Part shown: piece after piece, positions 37,801 through 48,700 of the stretch
Layout: each line of letters starts with the position of its first letter
Position numbering within the stretch: position 1 is the stretch's first letter
Translations under genes and position numbers: made by a program
Notes under the pieces: generated by a model
Told to the model about the DNA's origin: nothing
Database searches by the model: none
What the model saw: the letters and a program-made list of their open reading frames with translations, nothing else
DNA from: Antedon mediterranea
Lineage: Eukaryota; Animalia; Echinodermata
NCBI RefSeq assembly: GCF_964355755.1
Contig: NC_092670.1
Location: forward strand, 35,018,388-35,082,387
Reading direction: 5' to 3'
DNA length: 64,000 nt

Positions 37801-40378
37801 GATTCATCTAAAACGGGTGGCAAATTCTTCTGTGGGTGAGCATCCTGCAATGCTAGTAGGAAGTCAACGGTTGCACGAATGTCTTGCTCCACAGAAGGGT
37901 CAGATTTAATGAAATCGGGAAAAGACAACAACATCAGGAGAATACCGGTTACCCCATGGCATACACCTGGTGAAAAAATGTATATATATCAGGAAGCTCT
38001 CGATATTTTGTGTTATCTCCCGCTCTTTGATTTTTTTTTTTTAAAACATAAAATAAAAAAAATGATAATATCACAACGATTTCTACAACCTCTAGATAAC
38101 AGTACAATGCACAGAATGTTAACTATTGAGCTAGATTTGCTCATCACATGAAAGTAAAGAATTTGTGCGAATCTAGTATTTCGCAGAGAAAATAGATTGC
38201 GATATCCTTTTAACTACAAGAACGAATAACTGCGATTTTCATGTTCATCGCGTGTCTGCTGAACTTTTCGATTTGGATGAGTGCTCATGAATGCATTATA
38301 GCTCATTTCCTGAGCTGTGATTGGTTGCGCAATTTTGCTCTTCTAAAAATATAGAAACAAATCGAACTACCGATTTTGCTAAAGCGAAAAAACTCAAGGA
38401 TCTTGATTCGTTGCAGACAGAGATTTGTTTTTGCAAGAAACGTCATTGCACAATACATGATGTGAAGGGTTTTGGCACCGCATAATACAAACTTTATATA
38501 CTGGTGGTGGCGCTATTGCACCCAAACCCGTCCCATTATGCATCGCTCACATAATTTGCGATAAACCTTATTCGTGTGAACAAATTCATAGAAAATCAGA
38601 CACATCTGTTACCTAAATAATGAAAAGAATAATACTGGTACATCAGAGGACATGGCGCTTGACAAAGTTTTGCGTAAGCTCTGCCAGACTCTATAATGCT
38701 GCTACAGATCTTGTTGATAGTTTCTGATGGCAAAATCTGTATAAAAAAAGTATGTAAGTCAAAAATGTGCACATGCATTTATAAAAATTGCAGATTAGAC
38801 TATTACTATTAGATCATTGTATGAAATGATAAAATACTCTGCCAATGAAACTGTGCGAGAAATTAGTATTAGTATTCCGTTTGTGTAAAAACCAAAGTTA
38901 CATTTTAATATATTTCAGTATGTGATATCATTGGTTAATTTGACACAGTTTCACCAATTATGAGCAAACATACTACAGTATCTTGAAAAACAGAAAACAA
39001 AACATTTAGTCGTTATAAATCTGTCTACATTATGTGACAAAAAGATGTGATGTGCCCATATATGGACATGATGATGTCATATCCCTACCATATTTGGGCA
39101 TATCCCTACCATATTTGGGCATATCCCTACCATATTTAGGTACATCACACTTTTTTTGTCAAATAAGTGTGGTGTAGCGGTGTAGACATAGCTTAAAATA
39201 AGTATAATTTTTACTGAAAACCTTTGTTGTTTTTGCTTACTTACTGAAAGACCAAGTTTGCTCTTAAAGAACAGAACACCACATAAATAACCAGCTCTGC
39301 CAACTAATATTTCCTCTGCCTGCTTAGTGCATTGATTTACTGGAGCACACAAACTGGATAGGCTGGCATACCTGTAAAATAAAAAAAACAATACAAAAAT
39401 AAAATGAAAACTGTTCACAAGTATGTTGCCCTTTTGTGACATTGCTGGAAGTAGATTCTCCATAGTTAGCCAGTAATTACTTCACATAATATAATTACAA
39501 GTATGTTAACTTAACATTCTTGTGTTGCATACTAATGGAAACCAAACTTTATTTTTTATGTTAAAACTTAATAATAAATTTATGTCGCATACTATTATGA
39601 ATCTTGGCTCACACTTGCAATGCAAATGAGTTGACCAATATGAAGCTTATGATTGGTCACCTCACCTACATCTTACAGTGTTGCGTCAAGGTGGGAACGA
39701 AGATTTAGACAATGCTAAATTAACTATGATGAGACCTATGTATACAAGTTATGCTAAGACTGACTAGATCTTCTTACAATTCTGCAAACTTTGATACAAT
39801 GCACCTGAGTTGACCAATATGAAGCTTGTGATTGGTCACCTGACTTGCCTTGCACCTATGTCTTACAGTGTTGCATCAAGGTGGGAACCAAGATTTAGAC
39901 AATGCTAAATTAACTATAATGAGGCCAAGGTATACAATACAAGTTATACTAAGACTGACTAATCTTCTTACATTTCTGCAAACTTTTTCACTTCCACTTC
40001 ATTACCAGTGACTGCATAATATTGAGCAGCAGAAGCGTACACCCCAGCAGTACCTAGAAGAAAGCTGACCTTTAACCCTACATCTGTCTGTTTTTCTTCA
40101 TATTTCAAGGCAGCATCTAGATAATTCTTAGCTGTATCAAGTGTAGATTGTTTGTCTAAAAAGTCACATTTTGTAACAACATCGCTCAAAGCATATGCCA
40201 CGCCTCCGACGCCAAGATATACTCCTTCAAAACATGTAGAACTTGAAACTTCGAAGTTTGACTGAATAGCAGTGACATGCGCCTTGATATAGTCATTAAC
40301 ATTGGGTGGTGGACTTGAGACATCCTGGCCATTGTAATCAGGAAGCTGATTTTGGAAGTATCGTATGTTACCAGCCAT
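34814..40378 (-). CDS. LANCL3: LanC-like protein 3 homolog
   Basis: In-phase exons 40378-39972, 39371-39245, 38736-38613, 37966-37748 and 35178-34814. Motifs: RYFQNQLPDY, GVYLGVGGVAY, SFLLGTAGVY, EILVGRAGYL, PLMYQYY...YLGVCHG, LVHWCHGAPG, GLLHKGPGICHGVAGNGY, PDHPYSLFEG...FPFF. Candidate non-coding first-exon donor near 40898. Confidence 0.93.
35362..35543. mobile_element. Harbinger-like MITE
   Basis: GGCTCTGTCACACCTGTTCCGGCAC ... GTGCTGGAACCCGCGTGAAAGGCCC, imperfect TIRs. Confidence 0.55.
35668..36030 (-). mobile_element. 5S rRNA-derived SINE (SINE3-type) or 5S pseudogene with a 3' extension
   Basis: Minus strand 36030-35917 reads TACGGCTTTACCACATTGAAACACCGGTTCTCGTCAGATTACCGAAGTTAAGCGACGTTGGGCCTGGTTAGAGCTTGGATGGGAGACCATCTGGGAAAAACGGGTGCTGTA, a diverged near-full-length metazoan 5S. 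A ~215-bp unrelated body and an AATAAAATAAAAAC(AAAAAAC)n tail follow. Confidence 0.85.
36109..37722. mobile_element. Non-autonomous Kolobok-like DNA transposon (~1.6 kb, TTAA TSD)
   Basis: TTAA|AAGGGGGTTCCGGGTTTAAAAT ... ATTTTAAACCCAGAATCCCCCT|TTAA. Possible THAP remnant (WVRAIS, minus strand ~37203-37220). The element ends 25 bp from a LANCL3 splice donor. Confidence 0.75.
39620..39987 (+). repeat. Tandem duplication (~180-190 bp x2) overlapping a LANCL3 splice donor
   Basis: TGAGTTGACCAATATGAAGCTT.TGATTGGTCACCT...GATTTAGACAATGCTAAATTAACTAT...TCTTCTTACA.TTCTGCAAACTTT appears twice. Confidence 0.9.
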
Positions 40379-40898
40379 TCTGAAAAGACAAAATGGAAGT
40401 GAGTGAAGCTTTTAAATTAACATGGAGGTATAAAATACCTCCATGTATAAGCTATGCAATAAAATAAAGAGAAAAAGGTTATTTTTATGAGGTAATTTAA
40501 TACACTTAAATGAGCAAAATTATTCTGCTTATTTTATGCTTTTTGGTGCTAGGCCCAGTCCTAGACCAATACTGCGCCTAGGTGAGGCTGTAAAGAAAGT
40601 ACTATCTAGGCTATATCGGTCTGTCTCTTCAGACTCTAGCCTAGATACCCCCTCTTCCCCCGCCCACGTGCCACTCCTTTCCGATCCTAGCTAGGCCCAC
40701 CCACACATGTTTCGCTAGTAAAATACGATGAGAAGCTTACTACATACACTAGCTAAGTTTGATTAAATTAATATTACTAGTCCTATAGGCCTATCGAATT
40801 TTGAAACAAAACAACCCGCCGAACGACACACTTTGTAGAAAAAAACAACATAACCAACCTATGCCCCTAGTTAGGTCATTACGTAATACTAAACTGAC

Positions 40899-41042
40899 CT
40901 CGTTTTGATCATTCATCCATATCGCCAAAACGACATGATGGGGATAGAAACCGCTTGACGACGAACAACAACACAAATAGATCACACAATTATTGTTTAA
41001 AATCATCGTTAATATCACTATTTATACACTTTTAACGCAAAC
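40899..41042. promoter_or_regulatory. Probable bidirectional promoter LANCL3 / calaxin
   Basis: A minus-strand donor (CGAG|GTCAGT) at ~40898 for a LANCL3 5'UTR exon lies ~145 bp from the calaxin ATG at 41043, in divergent orientation. Confidence 0.6.
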
Positions 41043-44000
41043 ATGATATCAGTTAGACACAGACAACAAGTACAGCAGCAGGATGCTGATTTATTGCTTA
41101 GAATGAAACAAACACATTGTAAGTAAAGTACCTAGGCCTAGGCCTAGGGCCTACCTACGCTTTTAGAGTATATAGCCTAGCCTAGGCCTAGGGCCTAGCT
41201 AGCTAGGCCTAGACTATAGTAGGCGTAGGGCCAGTCTAGTTATTTAGGTTGGGCCAGGCGGCCTAGCTAGGCCATCTACCTATAGTAGCTAGGCTATTGT
41301 AGTGGGCTAGTAGTAGTCCTAGTAGCTGGATTCAGTCAGTACAGTTCAGTAAGTAAGTAAGTAAGTAAGCCTTAAAAAGGCTAAGCCTAGCTAGTAGTAT
41401 TATATAATTAGGCCTAGCCTAGTGACAGTGTATTGTGCAATAAAGTTTGAATATTACATAGGCCTAGGCCTAATTGTTAATTTTATTTTTTACTCTTTAG
41501 TTTCAGAAGATGAGTGCAAGGCTTTAGTGAATAAATTCAAGTTTATGACCAAGGATAACAAAGTTGCCAGACAAGACAAACTTGATAGGTCACAGTTCCA
41601 CGAAGTTCTTCAATCAACATTTAAAATGACCGATGATATGATTATGGATCGACGTAAGAGAACGTTCATCAGTTTCTACTGAACATCCACACGCAGCAAG
41701 CACAAAAAAAAAACCTGAATTGTGACGCGAAAAATGTTTTTTCACGAAAGCTCCATGCATGAATTCGCTATAGAGTTGCTCCATGGTCAACTTTTTCAAT
41801 TCTTGTGCGAATATCTTCAACTTGACACGAGTTGTTTCGCGTGTGGATGCTCAGTGAACAATTTTAACTATAATTTTGTCTATGAAAATATATAGTTTAT
41901 GCCAATGCATAAAATAAAAATGTTTGTAAAGCACTGATTTAATTAAGTTGGGGACTCAATGAAATAATTTGATTCAATCTGTCAATACTGTACTAAAAAC
42001 TGCTTATGAACCATGTTCATGATAAAACAATAACATCTACAAATTAACAGTGATTATGTACTCTACAATAATAGGCTAAAGACACTAAAAATAAAGTATA
42101 AACAATTTCTAGAAAACTAAATAATTCTTTGATTTCCTAAACTTATTTGACAGAGACATATTATCTTAGTAGAAAACAAGTGTGCACGAGAAACTCATAA
42201 ATATTACTGTTAGTAGGTATATTATTTCAATGAGAAAAATTACTGACCTAGTATCTAAAATGTTACCAGCTTTTAGCCAACTTGCAAGCTAAATGTAATA
42301 TAATGCTAATATTACATCTTGCTTTCACAGTTATGCGGGCCTTTGACAAAGATTCAGACAGCTGCGTCAATTTATCCGAATGGATCATTGGATTGTCAGT
42401 TTTTCTAAGGGGTTCAGAGGAAGAACAGGTTAAATGTAAGTTCACCTTTAAGTACAGTACATATGGGTCCTAGGTACATTTTTTGTTCAGGTTATGACAG
42501 AAATCATGAAAAATGAATTACAAGATGTCTGACCTATTTCTTAAAATATAACTGAACCTACCCTCTAAATGATCTCCCATCACACTTCATTGCGTGTCAG
42601 ATCCAAAAGTTCATGGTTTGTCTACAAAACATTGGCCTAAGACGACCTAGGCTAGTGTACTGCTTTCCTTTTTTGCTGTTTTTTTAACCATTGTACTGCC
42701 TAGTTGGGTTTGTATCTTTAGGATGGCCCTGCGTCATCAAAACTATGTTGTGTATAGCTCTGCTCACAGCACTCACTTTTTACACTTTCTAGTTTATAAA
42801 ACACTAAGTATTTCAAACATTTTTTTTTTAGTTTGTTTCGAAGTTTATGATTTAAATGGTGATGGTTTCATATCAAAAGAGGAAATGTTTCATTTACTGA
42901 AGAACTCGCTCGTTAAACAGCCAAACGAGGAAGACCCAGACGAAGGTGTCCGAGAACTTGTTGACATCAGTATTAAAAAGATGGTACTGTAATGCATCTC
43001 GTATTATTATTACCATATAATTATTAAAGATGTATTGTGGCCTAAAATCATTAAAAAAATAAGATTTATAAAATCACACTTGGAATAGGCCATTTTGCAG
43101 TTTTAATGAAGTTATTTAATTTCATAAGAAAAAAAATGAACACAAATTATTATTTCACTTACAAACAGTAAAATTCAACCAAAATACAATTTGACTATTT
43201 TTTGCTTTAAATTATAGTTTTTTCAGGTAAATAATTTGTTGATGATCCAATTTTTTTTATAACAATGTGACATAAAATGGCATTTCAACAACAAAATTAT
43301 TTTGTTAGGGGGACAATATATCTTTAAGTAGGTCATGTAGAAATGTATATTGGTTTGGAGAAAACTGTTTTCATTAGCGAATTGTAAAAAAGAGTATTCT
43401 CTGTAATTTCAGTCTTAACACCAACAAAAATCACATACATGTACCAACCACTTAAAAAAAAAACTGTTAAATTTCTTTGTAGGACATTGACCGTGATGGC
43501 CGTATATCATTACAAGATTTCCAAGCCGCTGTAAAGGAAGAGTCTCTTTTATTGGAAGCATTTGGTCAGTGTCTTCCTGCACCGGAGGTAAAGGCGATTA
43601 ATATTGACATTTTACTATTATTATTAATAAAATTTATTTTCATTTTGTGTCGTTATTCCTGTCGATCCAGACAATAACCAAAATTGATAAAGTAGAGTGA
43701 GTAAAATGTCTTAAGCTCTGTCTACACTATCTAACTAGTTTGACAAAAAAAAGTGCCCAAATATGGTAGTGATATGCCCAAATTTGGGCACGTCACATTT
43801 TCTTGTCACATAAGGTTTGATAGTGTAGACAGGCTTTAGCTTTAATTCATCTGAAGTAATGCTTGATTGTGTTGCTTAAAGCCTAGTCCCTAAAAAGCCT
43901 TTGCCCCGATGTTTTAAGCTTATTCAGACAGGCAATTTTGCATGATTTCAGCTATGATAATTCAAATTCTGCTATTATCATTGGCTGTGCTTTCTATATT

Positions 44001-44858
44001 TTATACATATAGAATTCTGCGGTGCTGATGTTAAGACGGTAGGAGGCGCTGCGTGGTTGCTAGCCAACCAAAAAATGCGTTCAACCTGCCTGACCCTCAG
44101 GTCACCAATGGTTTGGAATGGGCTTATTGAAGTAGTCATTTTAAAACTTAATAATTTTCAATAAAAACAAACTAAAATTTCAAAAAATCACTAAATATTT
44201 GTTTTTAATAATCTATTTATTCTTCAACTACAGTTTAAGTTAAAAAAAATCAAGCTAAGATATATAATTTGATGGAAATACAGATCTATACAGTTTATCA
44301 ACATAGTAGCGTTGAACGCATTTTTTGGTTGGCTAGCAACCATGCAGCGCCCTCTATTTTTGTGACATCACACCGCAAAACTCTATAGTGGAACCCCTCC
44401 TTTTAGAAACACCTGTTTAAGGGACACTTCTATTGTATAAAGTGTACACTTTCCTGTAAACTAACAAGGAGAAATATATGTTTTAACACTACCACCAACC
44501 TCTATTCAGAGGACACCTTTATTTAGGCGACATTTTGTTTGGTCCTTGGAGTGTCCCCTAAATAGAGGTTCTATTGTAATTTGTCAGTGTTTATTCAAGG
44601 CTCAGAATATGCCATTAGAACATTGATTGTGCCTGATCATAAAAATTATTTAAGATCATTTCTTGGGTGATTATAGCATTAAATATTCTATAGCCCCCTC
44701 TATTTTTAAAGTTAAGTACAAGCATAGTAATCACATAACTTTTCATTTTCTTTTTAAATAATTAAAAAAATTACCATAATTTTCAGCTTGCAATAGCATT
44801 TGTTGAAAAAGCATTCAGCGTACCGGATCACCGAGGGCGGTACAACCAGCTATATTAA
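41043..44858 (+). CDS. EFCAB1: Calaxin (EF-hand calcium-binding domain protein 1), axonemal dynein-associated Ca2+ sensor
   Basis: In-phase exons: 41043-41118, 41501-41653 ([24 protein letters not shown]), 42331-42435 ([26 protein letters not shown]), 42832-42983 ([50 protein letters not shown]), 43483-43587 ([13 protein letters not shown]...[11 protein letters not shown]), 44787-44858 (stop). Confidence 0.95.
41677..41856. mobile_element. MITE with CACTG-type TIR (EnSpm/CACTA-like, tentative)
   Basis: TACTGAACATCCACACGC ... GCGTGTGGATGCTCAGTG inverted repeat. Confidence 0.6.
43028..43323. mobile_element. Kolobok-like MITE (TTAA TSD)
   Basis: TTAA|AGATGTATTGT...GGGGACAATATATCT|TTAA; the internal sequence matches 24711-25048. 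Confidence 0.8.
43714..43835. mobile_element. PIF/Harbinger-like MITE copy
   Basis: TTA|AGCTCTGTCTACACTATC...GATAGTGTAGACAGGCT|TTA. Confidence 0.85.
44008..44387. mobile_element. MITE with ~75-bp imperfect TIRs
   Basis: GGCGCTGCGTGGTTGCTAGCCAACCAAAAAATGCGTTCAAC is mirrored by GTTGAACGCATTTTTTGGTTGGCTAGCAACCATGCAGCGCC. Confidence 0.8.
44386..44577. mobile_element. Tc1/mariner (pogo-like) MITE, degraded
   Basis: TAGTGGAACCCCTC ... AGAGGTTCTATTGTA termini with internal GGACAC/GTGTCC repeats. Confidence 0.6.
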
Positions 44859-45184
44859 GAAAGGTTTTTTTTATTTCTCTGCACATTATATATTAATGGT
44901 CTCATTTTCATTCATCTAATCAGTGTAGTGTTTGTAATTTGGAAAGAGTGAAGTTCACTCTTCCCTGTGTGTAATGGTTACTAAATCTAATACTGATGTA
45001 CAGTATATAGTAGTATGCTTTTGCTTGCTTGGGTAGCAGTACAGTAACTAAATAATGTACCGGTATTAAAGAATGTGAAGACCATTTTCATAGTAATTTT
45101 AAAATTAAACTATTCTGTTGATTTAGTTTCTAGTGCAATAAATGTTTCCAATTTTGCAATAGAAAATGCTAAATCATAAAAAAA

Positions 45185-45718
45185 AGCTCTGTCTGCACTA
45201 TCAAACTAGTTTGACAAAAAAAGTGTGATGTGCCCACATGCCAACATCTGAAGTTAAAAAAACGGGAAGTGTTTTTTTTTTCAGTCAACAGCGCCTTCTA
45301 TTTATTATCGAGAGGTAAGGAGTGCAGTGTGTGACGTCACAAGCGGTATCGCGTTGTGGCTACAGTATATGAGGGGAATCCCCTTTCCGTTCAGAACTAA
45401 ATCCGAAAATTACCACAGATGGTTGTACAATGGCTTAAATATTTTGCTTGTGTGAAGCCTTTTTGTTATATATTTTAATGCAGAAAACCACATATATACG
45501 TCAACATTCAGTTATCTTTGTAATCTGGGAGAAAATGTGGAAAAACGGGAACACAATATTTGGCCGGGAAACGAGTCTAAAATATCGGTGTCTCCCGGCC
45601 AACATGTATGCGAATATGGTAGTAACAAATGTGGTAGTGATAATAATGACATCATCATGTCCATATATGGGCACATCCCTTTTTTTGCCACATAAAATTT
45701 GATAATGTAGACAGAGCT
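45185..45718. mobile_element. Harbinger-like MITE split by a ~370-bp nested insertion (~45235-45610)
   Basis: The MITE left half ends GTGATGTGCC and the right half resumes C.AATATGGTAGT. The intervening block has CACATGCCAAC ... CAACATGTATG ends. Confidence 0.7.
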
Positions 45719-48700
45719 TAATTTTCATAACCTACCCTAATCATGGAGGAATTATTTAAATAATTCTCCCATGCCCTAATCCATCGTAAAAAAAAAATTA
45801 TTTATATTCTCTAGTCAATTTTTATAATACTTCAAAAGAGTTTTAATTTATATTTTTTGTATTACTTTTATTTGGCATGGGCAGTGACAGTAAAAGATAT
45901 TTTTCAACTCATTCCTAGAATTTAGCAATGACATATTGTAACATACAAGATTAACTCTGCATGCCTTATGAGCATGAGTTTTGCATGGTTATGGTGAATG
46001 TTCCTATTTACACACATACATCACAATAGTATAATATAATAATACAATATAGACCTATATATAGAATATTATAATAAATATGGTATTCATATTTTCATAC
46101 CAAAAATTTTTCATTTCAATTACTATTTAATCTATACAATATTAAATCATTATTCCCATCATTTCTTAAAACATTTTAATAACATTTTGGTTGTGAATGT
46201 TGAACAAGTGAAGATGGAGTGGAGCTGTAGCTTGGTGGGGAAACCCCTTCCACTACAGCTATGGTGGCCATCTGGACTCTCCAGACTTGTCTCCAAACTT
46301 GAGCACGAAAATATATATCATTTTTTCCATTTATCAAATGTTTAATTTAACCTCACCATATATAATAACCAATAAATCATTTACACATGTTTTCTTATAT
46401 TACAATTGATAATCAATCCTATTACACATAAATATCTTGCAATTTGATTGGTTGAAGTTTTATCATACATGTGACAATGTTATTTTTCAGACTTTTTTTT
46501 TTGCATGAAACTATTTTTTTCCAATAAATTAGCATTGGTAATGTTATTCCATTCAATGATAAAGGGATATTCAATGGCCATTTTGTTTTGTAAAATTAAT
46601 TATTTCCTCAATCAACACACTATTACAGATGCTATAGCAAGGTGAATGGTTCCTTTTATCTTAACTTCTCTGAATCAGCCAAGAGCATGTCACACTAAAA
46701 TCGGGCTGGCATATCATTGTTTTTTTTTGCACTACAGAAAATATGAACAAGATTGTTAATGTAATATATGCATGTTTGGATGGTGCACCACTTGCTAAAA
46801 TGAAAACATAATGGTTTGCTATCAAGAGTAATGATATACAAAATAATGAATGTTTATGAGTGCGATGGTACAAATATTTTAGTTAGGTGGAAGGTGAAAT
46901 TCTATTTCACAAGGCAAAGCTCAGGTGAAAATAAAATTTCATATTTCACTGAATGAAGATATTGTATTTTCACACCAATTTGTTTTCGGTACCCAAGAAG
47001 ATTTTTTTGTACACATTAAAATCTTAAAAGTACTATTACATGATTGTTAAATAATACGTAATATTGCACGCCATAGTGACTCACAATTGCCCAATTATCA
47101 TTTCCACATTAAATTGGGGATCAATGGATAGAAATCTAGAATGTCTGGATATTTTCACAGTACCATAATAGGCCTACAATATCAGCTATCATCAATAAAA
47201 GACACTTCAACATAACACACTGTACCCACCTGTGTCAGAGTACTATGTTCCATTTCAGAAGAACTTGAAAATCCCTGTAACAATTTAATACTTTATCTTA
47301 ATACCAGGACAAGGTAATTAGGAAGGTATCCAAGTAGAGTTTGCACCCAAGGACTTTACAAATCACTCATCCTTATACAAATCCACATCCTATTTGATTT
47401 ACCTTTTCAAGCTAAATGAACATAGAACAAACGGATGTGCAATTTTACCTAATTACCGGTACACATATTTTAAAGATTATTAATTTTCATAGAATGTTTA
47501 CGATTTTGGCAAAAATATTAGCTATGATAGGGATCTGCAATGACAGGGATTTGTAGTCTTCTTTGAGATTGATTAAAATGCAGTTTATGTATCACACATT
47601 TTATAGGAATCTGTAACAAATCCTACTGGCTTTACATTTTTAAGCTAAACAAACATACATAAAAGGATGTATGATGATACCTAATATATATATATATTTA
47701 GAAGATTTTAAATTTTGTTAGAATGTTAATGATTTTGGCACTATAATATTATTAGCTTACGGTAGAATAAGAATATGCAGTCTTAATATTTGAGATTGAT
47801 TAAACATAGAACGGATGTACAGGTAACCTAATTTAAATATTTAAAAGATTTAAAATTAAACTTTGACCCTTGGCTTGTGCTATTTAATTAGTTGTTGTTT
47901 TATATTTTATTCATTGGACTTGATAATGACCCCATGATGGAGTCGAAACGTCGTTCTTTTTTAAGCGTTATTTTTATATTATGTATTTAAAATTTGGTTA
48001 GAATTTTGATTTTGGCACTATAATATTAGTTATTTATATAGACTAAATAAAAGCAGTTTCTGTATCATGCAATTTACATTCTATAGGAATCCTCAACAAA
48101 TCTCACATGTGCAGGATACATTAAATATACATAATTAAAATATTAATAATTTTCAAAGAAAAGAAAAATTTTGCCAACAATGTAAGCCATGAAAGGGATC
48201 TGTATAAAAATATATACACTATACGATGACAATTTTAATACTTTACCGGGGCGACAATAAGGCCACAATTTAAAGCATGAATTTCATGATTTTCGGATGG
48301 TCATGTAATGTCATCAGGTTAAAAAAAAAAGAAAGAAAAATTTATAATATGTATGTATTCCTGTATAGTCTTTGGCATCCAGCCTTTCTTACTGTATGCG
48401 TTTTCTGCATGATTTATTTTGGTTACTGTTCAGGCCAATTCTGTAGTTGCATTTCTAGAAAATATTTTGTTTAATTTATTTAGATTGGATCTATAAAAAG
48501 ACAACATTTACTGTACATTTTATATTATGTTGACATTCACACCATTTTTCCATGATTTTTTTCCACTTTTTTGGTACAGTGCAGTGTTTTAGATAATTGA
48601 TCTTGATAGGAAAAAAACTCAATGTTTTTTTTATATACCTTATCCATTTTAGTTTTTTGGTATCCAACATTTTCGATTTTTTTTTCTGAAATAGAGACAG

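Noticed and set aside
34814-40378. Lanthipeptide (LanC) biosynthetic cluster or horizontal transfer
   Set aside because: Spliced, ordinary animal LANCL3 with no LanB or precursor peptide nearby.
47918-47955. Penelope-like terminal motif (TGATAATGACCCC...GTCGAAACGTCG)
   Set aside because: Too short to call without a search.
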